IMG/VR virus record: IMGVR_UViG_3300010206_000012
Span: 1 to 42,635 of that record
From: a virus
Lineage: Duplodnaviria; Caudoviricetes
Direction: 5' to 3' (one strand)
DNA length: 42,635 bases
The notes beneath the pieces were generated by a model. That model was given only the letters and a program-made list of their open reading frames with translations, was not told the DNA's origin and ran no database searches. The number at the start of each line of letters is the position of its first letter. Positions within the stretch are counted from its first letter, which is position 1. The position numbers and the translations under genes are program-made. Shown piece after piece: positions 19,246 to 27,574 of the stretch.

Positions 19246-19500
19246 TCAGCCTGTCCGTCCAAGGCTCGCATCCTGCATCCGGCGCACCTGCACCTCGGCC
19301 ATCTGCCGAAAACAGCTGACCGATTGCACCAGCGCCCAGACCATGTCTTCCTCGGTATGGTCGCGCAGCCGGGAAAAGACTGGCTCAAGCGCCCGGAAAA
19401 GCGCCGTTTCAATCCCGGCAATGTGGCGCAGCGCATCCTGTGCCTCTTCGGCGCCGTCAAACACAACCTGCATCGGGTCTTGCAAAACCGCGTCAGGCAT
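19246..19500 (-). CDS. Hypothetical protein (84 aa) coupled to the antirepressor
   Basis: GGAGG RBS; start overlaps the BRO gene end. Confidence 0.6.
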   Translation of the reverse strand: MPDAVLQDPMQVVFDGAEEAQDALRHIAGIETALFRALEPVFSRLRDHTEEDMVWALVQSVSCFRQMAEVQVRRMQDASLGRTG

Positions 19501-20326
19501 GATCGCCCTCCATGGCTTGCGCGTCAAAAAGCAGCGCCAGCGGCACGATCAGCCCGCGCGTTGCCGTTCCGGCCAGCGTGCGCACGGTTTCATCGCGCAC
19601 CACCCCCGTCAGCGACAACAGCGCCGCCCGGTGCTGCCCGCCTGCAAAGCGGCTGGTCGCAAACACCGCGGCCGCATTCCCCACGAAAAGGCCATTCGGC
19701 ATCAGCCGCAGCCCGGCATGGGCCAAGGCCACATCGTCTTCGCCGCGCCGCAGCCACGCGGCCAGCGCCTCGCCCTCGATCTCGGCCGACAGCAGAACGT
19801 CAAGGCAGGCCCAGCCCTCGGCCGGGTCCGCCGCCGCCAGCACCCGCCCCGCCACATTCGGCAGCGGCGACAGCGCCCACATCCGCCGCCCGGCGCTCAC
19901 CCCGTGCAGGATCCGGGTTTCGCGGATCAGCGCCAGCCAGTCGCGGGTGTTCAGATCCTCGCCAAAGCGCGCGGGGGCCGGGGTGGGCTCGGCCATCTCG
20001 GGCAGTTCATAGCGCCCGGTGCGGCGGATCGCCGGAAGCACCTCGGCGGTGATCCATTTGCGGAAGCGGCGGGCGGCTTCCTTGCGGCTGGTCAGCACGA
20101 GGGCATAGAGGCCGCTTTCGGCGATGATCGTGGTCTTCTGAGCGCCACCAAGGGTATCAGCAGTAATGATACCCTTTTCATCGTCATCAAGCCGAGAGAC
20201 TGCTTGCGCGGTGTTGCCAAGGTCCAACACCCGGCACACGTCAGCCGCCACGAACCACGGCTCACCGTCGCGCATCAGCACGCGCACGGCTTGTTCTTCA
20301 AAGTCGAAAGGAATGATGTCGCTCAT
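19493..20326 (-). CDS. ant: BRO-N domain antirepressor
   Basis: FDFEEQAVRV..DGEPWFVAADVCRVL..ESGLYALVLTSRKEAARRFRKWITAEVLPAIRRTGRY; ATG at 20326 with GGAGG. Confidence 0.9.
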   Translation of the reverse strand: MSDIIPFDFEEQAVRVLMRDGEPWFVAADVCRVLDLGNTAQAVSRLDDDEKGIITADTLGGAQKTTIIAESGLYALVLTSRKEAARRFRKWITAEVLPAIRRTGRYELPEMAEPTPAPARFGEDLNTRDWLALIRETRILHGVSAGRRMWALSPLPNVAGRVLAAADPAEGWACLDVLLSAEIEGEALAAWLRRGEDDVALAHAGLRLMPNGLFVGNAAAVFATSRFAGGQHRAALLSLTGVVRDETVRTLAGTATRGLIVPLALLFDAQAMEGDHA

Positions 20327-20334
20327 GCGAGCCT

Positions 20335-20368
20335 CCTGCGGTTCAGATGAACCCGGGGCCGCTACCAA
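20335..20368 (-). promoter_or_regulatory. C4 target a2-b2 overlapping the antirepressor RBS
   Basis: UUGGUAG (20362-20368) and UGAACCGCAGG (20335-20345), the latter running into GGAGG. Confidence 0.8.
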
Positions 20369-20371
20369 ACG

Positions 20372-20457
20372 GGTGCCCGGGCAACAGCAGGTTGGTAGAC
20401 CGTCGAACCACAGGGGAAAACGGCGCCGCTTGCGCGGCCCCACTGCGCCCGGACATA
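20372..20457 (-). ncRNA. c4: C4 antisense RNA (P1/P7 c4, P4 CI-type)
   Basis: Cloverleaf: UGUCCGGGC/GCCCGGGCA outer stem, GCCGC-GCAA-GCGGC hairpin, b' loop CCUGUGGUUCGA, a' bulge CUACCAA; complementary targets on both sides. Confidence 0.85.
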
Positions 20458-20461
20458 GAAA

Positions 20462-20511
20462 AACCGCGCTTGGCGCGGTTGTCGTGCGCCTGTGTTTCGA
20501 TCGGGCTACCA
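20462..20511 (-). promoter_or_regulatory. C4 upstream target a1-b1 plus terminator-like hairpin
   Basis: UGGUAG (20506-20511), UCGAAACACAGG (20489-20500), then AACCGCGC-CAA-GCGCGGUU followed by a U tract. Confidence 0.75.
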
Positions 20512-20544
20512 CCCCCGGCGCAATCTTTTCTATCGCGCATAGGT

Positions 20545-20573
20545 AGTGTGCCGCTAAGCTGAACAAAAGTCAA
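20545..20573 (-). promoter_or_regulatory. Putative sigma70 promoter of the c4-ant operon
   Basis: TTGACT-17 bp-CACACT. Confidence 0.45.
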
Positions 20574-20589
20574 CATGGGCGATTCCCAC

Positions 20590-20901
20590 ATGAGAAAATT
20601 TGCAGCTACCTTGGCGATTGCGGTCATTTGCTCCGGTGGGGCCAACGCGCAATCTGCCGACTGTGCTTTAACCTCTCCGAAGGCTAAATGGGTTGATCAC
20701 GCTTGCTACATCTACGTCCGGCCAGGAATGGTTTTTGGCAGTAATAAAATTCTTTCGCGTGGCGGGTTCTATCTTCGCGAGGAAGCGGGCGGAGTTTGGC
20801 GGCAAGTGCCCATGTTCTACACCGAGGGCGTAGAAGAGGAAAATTCCGGTGCGCTAGCGATACAAAAGCAGTTTTTCGCCCCGGCGAACCGGGGCGATTG
20901 A
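20590..20901 (+). CDS. Small secreted/periplasmic moron protein
   Basis: Signal peptide MRKFAATLAIAVICSGGANA; lower GC; opposite strand to the head operon. Confidence 0.6.
   Translation: MRKFAATLAIAVICSGGANAQSADCALTSPKAKWVDHACYIYVRPGMVFGSNKILSRGGFYLREEAGGVWRQVPMFYTEGVEEENSGALAIQKQFFAPANRGD
20870..20897. repeat. Hairpin direct repeat, copy 2 (cassette boundary)
   Basis: AGTTTTTCGCCCCGG-cgaa-CCGGGGCGA. Confidence 0.85.
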
Positions 20902-20921
20902 GCGCCGCAACTTTGGTTTCC

Positions 20922-21932
20922 CTACTTCGTGAACGCGGCCAACTGCTTCGTCAGCGCGTCGAACTTCGGCCGCAGCCGCGTGATCGCGGCCAGATCGCGT
21001 GCCGCCGAAGCCTTCGCCCATTCCCCATCAGCCTTGGTGAACTCGGCCAGCGCCGCCTCGGCATCCGCTCGCGTCGGGCCGAAGCCAGCGCCATTGCCGT
21101 TGCCCAGCCCAACACCGGTGTCCTCGCCCAGAAGCTCGCCGATCGCGGCCATGAACTTGATCGCCATGGCGTCGCCACCGGCGTCTTTCGTGATCCGGTT
21201 CGTCAGAGAGGCAAGCGCCTCGGCATCAAACCCCGCCTTTTCGGCAATCGCCTGCGCGCCCTGCTTGGCCCGCGCCAGCACCGCGGGCACCTTGTCGCCG
21301 TAGTCGCGCTCGAGCTCGGCCATCATCTTGGTGTTCGCCTCGGCAAACTTGGCGTCGGCATCGGCGGCAAGCGCCTGCATCTTCCCGGCATAGATCCCAA
21401 CCGCAGCCTTGGCCATGGCGGGCGGCATGCCGGATTTGTGCGCGAACTCGCGAAACTGATCTTCAAACCCTTTGTCCCAAGGCATGTCCTTCGGCCAGCT
21501 GTCGGGCGGCGCCAGATCATATCCCTCGGGCGCATCGGGCAGCCCCAGCGCCTTGGCATTCGCGCGGGCCCATTCGCCATAGTCCTGCCCATCGGCCGGG
21601 CGCTCGATGATCTTCTCGACACCCTTGCCGATGAATTGCTCGGCGCTGCGGTGCCCGCGCAGAAGCTTCGCGGCCGCCTCCGCCGGATCGTCGAGCGTCA
21701 GGCCCTTCGCGCCCAGCCAGGCGCGCTCGTCCGCGGTCAGCAGATCCGCACCTTCGAACCACTTCGGCTGCGGCGCGCCGTCAGACGGCGGCGCGGCGGG
21801 CGGCGCGGCGGGTGGCGCAGCATTGCCCGGCGGGGGCGTCGGATCGCCGCCACCGGGCGGGGTGCCGTCTTCGGGGGCCCAAAGGGGCAGGGGCAGGGAA
21901 ATGGCCATCAGCCAGGGCATGCGGTTACGCAT
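20922..21932 (-). CDS. Capsid scaffolding protein
   Basis: Pro-rich N-terminus, LG.P.APEGY, AH..G, L..DYG, IGELLGED motifs; between portal and MCP. Confidence 0.75.
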   Translation of the reverse strand: MRNRMPWLMAISLPLPLWAPEDGTPPGGGDPTPPPGNAAPPAAPPAAPPSDGAPQPKWFEGADLLTADERAWLGAKGLTLDDPAEAAAKLLRGHRSAEQFIGKGVEKIIERPADGQDYGEWARANAKALGLPDAPEGYDLAPPDSWPKDMPWDKGFEDQFREFAHKSGMPPAMAKAAVGIYAGKMQALAADADAKFAEANTKMMAELERDYGDKVPAVLARAKQGAQAIAEKAGFDAEALASLTNRITKDAGGDAMAIKFMAAIGELLGEDTGVGLGNGNGAGFGPTRADAEAALAEFTKADGEWAKASAARDLAAITRLRPKFDALTKQLAAFTK

Positions 21933-22230
21933 CGTCGGTCTCCATCAGCAGGGTGTTCAGATCGGTGTAGGTGACGTTCATCAGCGCCAGCAGCTGCAGC
22001 GCCAGATCCCGGCGGCCCTTTTCGTAAAGGATCATCTCCGGGTCGATCGGATCGGGGGTTTCCCCCCGCGCCATGGGCACAATTTCGGCCACGCGGCCAA
22101 GGATCAGCAGATCCTCGCGCAATTTCGGGTTCAGCTCGGCCGCCTTGCGCCAGCGCCGCGCCATGTCGGCCGCCTCGCGACGACCGGCAAAGAAGGTGCG
22201 CAGGGTCAGCAGCCGATCGAAGATCTTCAT
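21925..22230 (-). CDS. Conserved phage protein (Bbp19-like) after the portal
   Basis: DL....DP....YEKGRRDLAL motif; position between portal and scaffold. Confidence 0.6.
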   Translation of the reverse strand: MKIFDRLLTLRTFFAGRREAADMARRWRKAAELNPKLREDLLILGRVAEIVPMARGETPDPIDPEMILYEKGRRDLALQLLALMNVTYTDLNTLLMETDDA

Positions 22231-23885
22231 GCGCCTGCGCCCCCCATCATGTCAGGCGAAAGCGCGGCGCCTGCCTGCGCGGCGTCCTTCATGGCACCGG
22301 CGCCCGCCTGCGCCATTTGCAACGCCATGGCGGCCTGCTCTTGCTGGGCCCGCTGCGCCGCCAGCTGGTCAGCCACCTCGCGCGAGCGCAGCACCTTCGC
22401 GGGCGTGCCATAGGCCTCGGCCAGCACCTCGGCCACGCCGTCCGCGTCGATCCGGTCGCGCACACGCGGATCGATCTGCGCAAGCGGCATCAGCGTTTCC
22501 AAAAGCCGCACCGTCGATGCGCCCTGGCCACTCTTCGCCGCCGCGGCCGCCGCCGATTGATAGGTCACCTGCAGGCTTGCCCCACCGGCCTCGGGCGGAG
22601 GCGGCGGCAACTGCCCCGCGCGCCACAGCATCGAAAACCGCCGCTGCACCTTGCGGGCCAGAAACTCCTCCTGCACCCGTCCCTGATGCGGCGCCCAGAG
22701 CCGCGCCTTTTCCTCGTTGATCGTCATCACCTCGGTGGCGGTCATGCCGGTGCGGCCCGCAAGGTTCATCAGCGTGAAGTTGAACGCATCGCGGATCTCT
22801 TCGATCATCTGCTGCTTTTCCTGCAGGGTCAGGGTAATGCCCTGTGCCGGGTTCAGCACATCCACCATCCGCTGCCCGCGCGGCCCGATGCCGTTGTAGA
22901 TCACCCCGCCCGGGCGCACCTTGCCATCGAGCGGCCAATCACCCTTGTCGGGCGCCAGAAGCACGCCTTCGGCCCCCAGCTGCGCCGCGGTCAGCGTGGC
23001 ATGGTGCATCCGCTGATACGATCGGGTGCTGGCCAGCGCCACGAAGCCCGGCCCGGTGCCGTAGATCGCGCCGGTTTCCACATCCCACCGCGGCGCGAAA
23101 AACGGCATTTCCTCATAGCCGCTTTCGCGCAGCAGGCTGTGCTCCACCTCGCACACATAGCGCGACAGCCAGCGCTTGCCGCGCGGGCCCAGCGATCCCC
23201 TGCGCCAGTCGACGTTCTTCAGCACATGGTGATAGAAGGTCAGCTTATCAGTGGCGCCCTTTTCGGCCATCTCCGCCACTTTCGGCGGCACCGCGCCCTG
23301 AAACATCGCCACCGCGGCACGCGGGCGCAGCTGGAACCGGCGCACCACTTCCCAAACCTGCCCCCAGCCATCGATGTCATAGGCCACCTCGGCCAAAGAC
23401 AGCGTCACGTCGAGGATCTTGCGGTTCTCGGGCGACACCTCATCATACTGCGCGGCATTGCCGAAGGCCGACAGATCCGAAAACACCTGCGTCGTGGCCG
23501 GGTAGAAGCTCGACACGCTCGGCCCGAAGCTGTTCAGCACCCGCGTCGTGGTGGCATCGAGCCACAGTTTCATCGGGTGCCAGGCGTTCAGATCGTCATC
23601 GTCGGTCGCAAAGCCGAACCAGCGGTTCGCAGGGTTCGTCAGCGTGCCGTAAAGCCCGCTGGCAAAGTTCAGCTGCGCCATGATCGGCGCCGACGACAGC
23701 GGCTTTTCCAGCTGCCGCCCCATCGGATCATCCGACGAAAACCCGCCCCGCTGCGGGCGGATCAACCGGGCAATGTCCTCCCAGTCGCCCTCATGCTTGG
23801 CCCGCTCGGTTTTCAGCTCGCTCCAGCGCCGGATCGCCTCCTCGGCCTCCGGCGCTTTTTCGCGAATGCGGCCCGGCATCATCAT
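22227..23885 (-). CDS. Portal (head-tail connector) protein
   Basis: ASGLYG.LT.PA.RWF, SSFYP, AFGNA, PF..PRW....YG.GPG, MTATEV..EEK motifs; ATGA coupling at 23885. Confidence 0.9.
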   Translation of the reverse strand: MMMPGRIREKAPEAEEAIRRWSELKTERAKHEGDWEDIARLIRPQRGGFSSDDPMGRQLEKPLSSAPIMAQLNFASGLYGTLTNPANRWFGFATDDDDLNAWHPMKLWLDATTTRVLNSFGPSVSSFYPATTQVFSDLSAFGNAAQYDEVSPENRKILDVTLSLAEVAYDIDGWGQVWEVVRRFQLRPRAAVAMFQGAVPPKVAEMAEKGATDKLTFYHHVLKNVDWRRGSLGPRGKRWLSRYVCEVEHSLLRESGYEEMPFFAPRWDVETGAIYGTGPGFVALASTRSYQRMHHATLTAAQLGAEGVLLAPDKGDWPLDGKVRPGGVIYNGIGPRGQRMVDVLNPAQGITLTLQEKQQMIEEIRDAFNFTLMNLAGRTGMTATEVMTINEEKARLWAPHQGRVQEEFLARKVQRRFSMLWRAGQLPPPPPEAGGASLQVTYQSAAAAAAKSGQGASTVRLLETLMPLAQIDPRVRDRIDADGVAEVLAEAYGTPAKVLRSREVADQLAAQRAQQEQAAMALQMAQAGAGAMKDAAQAGAALSPDMMGGAGA

Positions 23886-24067
23886 GCCACACCGCCCATC
23901 TGGTTGGTGACCGGAATGCCGGTCTGCCCGGTCAGCACATTGGCCGCCGCCCCGGCACGACGGCGGCGCAACCGCGCCTCGAGGTCGGCCTGTTGCACCG
24001 CCTCCCGGTTGTCCGTCGCGGCAACATGGGTTGCCGCCGGGGTTTTCACGCTTCCGCCAAAGCACAT
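23882..24067 (-). CDS. Small virion-associated protein (MCFGG...)
   Basis: MCFGG start and RRR.G...VLTG..G motif typical of the gene before the portal in these phages. Confidence 0.65.
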   Translation of the reverse strand: MCFGGSVKTPAATHVAATDNREAVQQADLEARLRRRRAGAAANVLTGQTGIPVTNQMGGVA

Positions 24068-24600
24068 GGCTTGTCCTTCCTCTGGTTCGGGTGAGAGGCA
24101 GCTTCAGGCAGACAGGCCGTCCAGGCGTACTGGACGAAGATTTCGCGGCCATCCGGGCCGAAGCCCGGCATCGCCGCCTCGGGGGCAAAGCCGATCCCGG
24201 CCAGCAGCGCGGCGGCTGTCGGGTGGCTGGCCCAGGCGCGCGCCTCGATGCGGCGCACGCCCGTTTCGCTGGCCCAGCTTCCAATCCCGGCGCGCATGCG
24301 CGCGGCGGCCTCGGCCAGCGGGCGACGATAGCGGCGGTGATCGCGCGCCAGCAAGGCTGCCGCCGCCACCCCCGCTTGGCCGGTATGGGAAAGGCCCAGC
24401 ACGGCAAAAGGCTCGCCCGCCCCCGTGAACAGCACCCAGCTGGCCAGCCGCGCCGCGTTCATCGCGCGCCAGTCGGCGAACAGCTCCAGCGTGCTGGTCG
24501 CCCGGCCGCGCGTCACCTCGGCCTCGATCAGATCCATCGGATCGAGACGGCTCAGCACGGCATGGGCGGCAAGATCTTCATAGGGGCGGGCGGTGATCAT
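24046..24600 (-). CDS. GNAT-fold protein (T7 gp13-like position)
   Basis: VRRIEAR....HPTA..LL..IGF..E..M..FG.DG..F.QYAW GNAT-like C-terminus. Confidence 0.65.
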   Translation of the reverse strand: MITARPYEDLAAHAVLSRLDPMDLIEAEVTRGRATSTLELFADWRAMNAARLASWVLFTGAGEPFAVLGLSHTGQAGVAAAALLARDHRRYRRPLAEAAARMRAGIGSWASETGVRRIEARAWASHPTAAALLAGIGFAPEAAMPGFGPDGREIFVQYAWTACLPEAASHPNQRKDKPCALAEA

Positions 24601-24890
24601 TCGACGGCCTCGTAAGTGGCCGCGAAGATGTCGGGCTTGCAGGGATAGAACTCGCCCTTCACGCCCTTGATGATCCAGTCACCAATATCGGCGAGCATCG
24701 TTCCCTCAAGCGTGAAGATCTTGAGGCCTTCGCGCGCCACGAGATCCACATACTGCTCCCACATCATTCCGGCGTGGTGTGTGCGCGTGTCTGGGGGACC
24801 ATCCGTGAAGGAAATTACCTCAGCCAGATTTTCCCCCGTCCACTGCACCGCCTCGATCACGACGGGCTTTTTGCGATACAGCCGCCCCAT
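24597..24890 (-). CDS. Conserved phage protein, YRKKPVVIEA family
   Basis: YRKKPVVIEAVQW...TLEG.M.A..GDWIIKGVKGEFYPCKPDIF..TYE. Confidence 0.8.
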   Translation of the reverse strand: MGRLYRKKPVVIEAVQWTGENLAEVISFTDGPPDTRTHHAGMMWEQYVDLVAREGLKIFTLEGTMLADIGDWIIKGVKGEFYPCKPDIFAATYEAVE

Positions 24891-25135
24891 CACGACATCC
24901 CCAGCGCCGACTTGTAGAGATCGAGGATCGCGTCTTCCTCGGCCAGATCGTTCTTGTCGCGTTTGCGCATGGCGATGATTTTCTTCATCACCTTGGTGTC
25001 GTAGCCGCGCGCCTTGGCCTCGCTCATCACCTCGGTCTGTTGCTCGGTGATGTCCTTCTTCTCGGCCTCGAGGTGCTCATACTGCTCGATGAACTGGCGC
25101 AGCTCGTCGGCAGCGACGGTGTAAGCGTCCGACAT
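24890..25135 (-). CDS. gapR: GapR-family (DUF2312) nucleoid-associated protein
   Basis: VAADELRQFIE..E.LEAEKKDI....EV..EAKARGYDTKV.KKII..RK.D.....EE.AILDLY..ALGM. Confidence 0.9.
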   Translation of the reverse strand: MSDAYTVAADELRQFIEQYEHLEAEKKDITEQQTEVMSEAKARGYDTKVMKKIIAMRKRDKNDLAEEDAILDLYKSALGMS

Positions 25136-25137
25136 GC

Positions 25138-25473
25138 TCACGCCTCCGCCTGCAGAAGATACCGGCGCGCAGCGCTGGCCCAGGTGATCACCGCCGCGCG
25201 GCCATCGCCCGCGCAGATGGCGGTGACGCCCGCCATGGTGCAGATCGTGTGCGGGCCGTCTTCGTTCAGCGTCATGCCCTCGTTGTCACGGAGCGCACGG
25301 GAAAACTCGTCGAACGGCGTGAAGCGGCTGGCCTCGATCACCCCGATCAGCTGGCGCAGTTTCTCCAGCCCCAAGGGGGTCAGCGCCCCATCCTCGGCCC
25401 CAGCCACGGGATCGGGGAACGGCGCCTCGGGCTCGATCGAGGGCTCGACAGCGGTGGTGGGTTTCGATGCCAT
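25138..25473 (-). CDS. Hypothetical protein, paralogue of 38828-39097
   Basis: EGM-x13-AGVTAIC-x10-W-x2-AARR. Confidence 0.65.
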   Translation of the reverse strand: MASKPTTAVEPSIEPEAPFPDPVAGAEDGALTPLGLEKLRQLIGVIEASRFTPFDEFSRALRDNEGMTLNEDGPHTICTMAGVTAICAGDGRAAVITWASAARRYLLQAEA

Positions 25474-25476
25474 GGT

Positions 25477-25761
25477 TCAGCCCTCCGCCTGCGCGACGGG
25501 CAACACTTCCACCCAGTCTTCGGCGAGCATGTCGGTTTGGCTTGCCAGCCACGGCACCACCTTGCCTTCGGCGTCCTTCATGTCGATGTGCGGGCGATAG
25601 GTGACCATGGCGCCTTCGCCCATGATCGACAGCAGCGGTTCGCGGTTCACCACGAAGTTGCTGCCTGCGACCAGGAACAGGAACATGCCCTTACCGTTCC
25701 AGCCCGCCCGGGCCACGCGCTTGCCTTCTTTCAGCGCCTCGATTGCCTTGCCAAAGTTCAT
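25477..25761 (-). CDS. DUF2829 / Tad2-family putative nucleotide-signal sponge
   Basis: MNFGKAIEALKEGKRVARAGWNGKGMFL...VPWLASQTDMLAEDW family signature; GAGGAG RBS. Confidence 0.85.
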   Translation of the reverse strand: MNFGKAIEALKEGKRVARAGWNGKGMFLFLVAGSNFVVNREPLLSIMGEGAMVTYRPHIDMKDAEGKVVPWLASQTDMLAEDWVEVLPVAQAEG

Positions 25762-25762
25762 T

Positions 25763-27574
25763 TCACTCTCCTCTTGGGTTGAGAACATCAAATCCGGTCT
25801 TCAGGCCGCCCTCATCCCCGGACAGGCGCGGCCCGCCGTTGTGGCCGATCAGGCCCTTCTGCTCCGGGGTATTCCGTTCAGTGGTGCCATCGGCGCGCAC
25901 GTGGCTCAGCAGCAGGTACTGCAGCGCATCCATCACGTTCGCCTCGGTCAGGGCCTTGTTCGGCACCTTGTGCTTGTCGCCCTTGGGGGTGATTTCCTCG
26001 GTCCAGACGTAGCGGGCCTCGAAACCGGCGATCAGAAACTTGCAGCTCGGGTCGATCAGCAGGCCCACCCGGCCCGCGCTGGTGGGGGCCTCCAGCGCCG
26101 CGCGCACCGCTTCAAGCCGCGGCTGAATGCGGTTCGTGCCGATCTTCTGCGGCCTGATGCGGAACTCTGCCGCGCGGCTCACCAGCCGGTTCCAGGTGTC
26201 GTTTTCGTCGGCGGCTTGGCTCGAGGCATGTTCGCCCGCCATGTCGGCCCATCCACCCGCCACCTGCAACCCGCGAAACCGGTCATCGAGCATGTCGCGC
26301 AGCCGCTCGCCGAACACCTTCGCCATGAGGCGCTCATTCGGGAAGTGCAGCTCGGCCAGGATCTGCCAGAACACTTTCTGCCACTTGCCGGTGCCCTCGG
26401 TGAGGATCTGCCCCACGACGGCCGCACCCTTCAGGCCCTGGTCGAGCCCGATCATCAGCGGCACGCCCGGCCATGGCTTCAGCGGCTTGTCAGAAACATG
26501 CAGGCGGCGCGAAAATTCGCGCTGAAACACCGGCTCACCGGCGCGCGTATGCACCACGAGGTTGCGCACAAGCCGGTCGATCCGGTCGCTTTGGCCCATC
26601 AGGGTCAGCGTGGCGATCTGCGTTTCGTAATACCCCAGCGCCAGATTGTGCATGTTCTCGCAGTCGGGCTCGCCAAAGCCGGGCTGGCGGAAGAAATCGA
26701 TCGTGATTGGCGGCGTGCCTGCGGGCAGGCTCAAGTTCATCTGCGCAAGCAGATCGGTGCGCTTCTCCTCTTCGTGAAACAGCCCCACCGCCCAGTTGTC
26801 CGGCTCCGGCGCGTTGAAATCGCCGCAGAGCTGCCCATAGGCGCACATCTCGGGCGGGTAGCCCCGGTAATGCTCCTGGCCCGGGTAGCGACGAATACGG
26901 GTGATCCCGTTGGAAATCACCTCAACCGGGTTCGTATCCATCTCGTGCAGCCAGAAATCCGTAGTCTGCAACCCGCGGATACTGGCTTCCACATCGTCGC
27001 CATAGGCCATGAACTCGACAGTGAAGAGAATGTCATTGTGCCATTCGCCCACATGGCCCTCCGGCGGCTCAACGGCGTGGCCATCGTCGAACAGCATCAC
27101 GAAGGTGACCGGCCCACCCTTGCCGCCCGCCCAGTCGCCCAGCTGCTTCGGGAACACCTTCAGGAAATCGGGAATGGTGGTGGCCCACAGCTGCCGATAG
27201 TTCGCCCGGGTCACGGTCAGCTTGTAGCGGCGCCGCCCATCGATCACCGATCGCGGCGCGCACATGGCGCGGCGCAGGCGCGATTTCAGCAGCGTGGTGG
27301 TTTTACCCGAACCCACCGGTCCTTGGATGCCAAGCACGCTCGCGTCAGACCAGTAAGCCGCCTCGGCGATCGGGCCCGGGAAGGTTTCCGGGGCGTCAAA
27401 ATCCAGCTTGTCAGCGCCAAATTCCGCGCCTAGGCTCTCGATCGCCTGTTTCGCATCTGCCTGCACCAGCTCGTCAATGCGATCATCCGCCAAGCCGTCG
27501 ACTTGCGCAGTTTCGCGCAACGGATGGGCCGCTCCCCCCGCACCCCATTGACCGCTCCCAAGGTTCGCGCTCAT
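25763..27574 (-). CDS. terL: Terminase large subunit
   Basis: Walker A GPVGSGKT, Walker B-like FWLHE, nuclease IGLDQG and VMDALQY; ATGA coupling at 27574. Confidence 0.88.
   Translation of the reverse strand: MSANLGSGQWGAGGAAHPLRETAQVDGLADDRIDELVQADAKQAIESLGAEFGADKLDFDAPETFPGPIAEAAYWSDASVLGIQGPVGSGKTTTLLKSRLRRAMCAPRSVIDGRRRYKLTVTRANYRQLWATTIPDFLKVFPKQLGDWAGGKGGPVTFVMLFDDGHAVEPPEGHVGEWHNDILFTVEFMAYGDDVEASIRGLQTTDFWLHEMDTNPVEVISNGITRIRRYPGQEHYRGYPPEMCAYGQLCGDFNAPEPDNWAVGLFHEEEKRTDLLAQMNLSLPAGTPPITIDFFRQPGFGEPDCENMHNLALGYYETQIATLTLMGQSDRIDRLVRNLVVHTRAGEPVFQREFSRRLHVSDKPLKPWPGVPLMIGLDQGLKGAAVVGQILTEGTGKWQKVFWQILAELHFPNERLMAKVFGERLRDMLDDRFRGLQVAGGWADMAGEHASSQAADENDTWNRLVSRAAEFRIRPQKIGTNRIQPRLEAVRAALEAPTSAGRVGLLIDPSCKFLIAGFEARYVWTEEITPKGDKHKVPNKALTEANVMDALQYLLLSHVRADGTTERNTPEQKGLIGHNGGPRLSGDEGGLKTGFDVLNPRGE

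Noticed and set aside
20561-20574. Alphaproteobacterial LexA box at the c4-ant promoter (GAAC-AAAAGT-CAAC)
   Set aside because: Spacer is 6 rather than 7 bp and the second half-site is imperfect; too weak to call
20343-20645. Ash/Icd-like ORF (MSGRSGAAQAAP...) and the 80-aa N-terminal extension of the BRO ORF
   Set aside because: They coincide with the C4 RNA and its targets, so they are likely translations of conserved RNA; the BRO gene has a good RBS at ATG 20326
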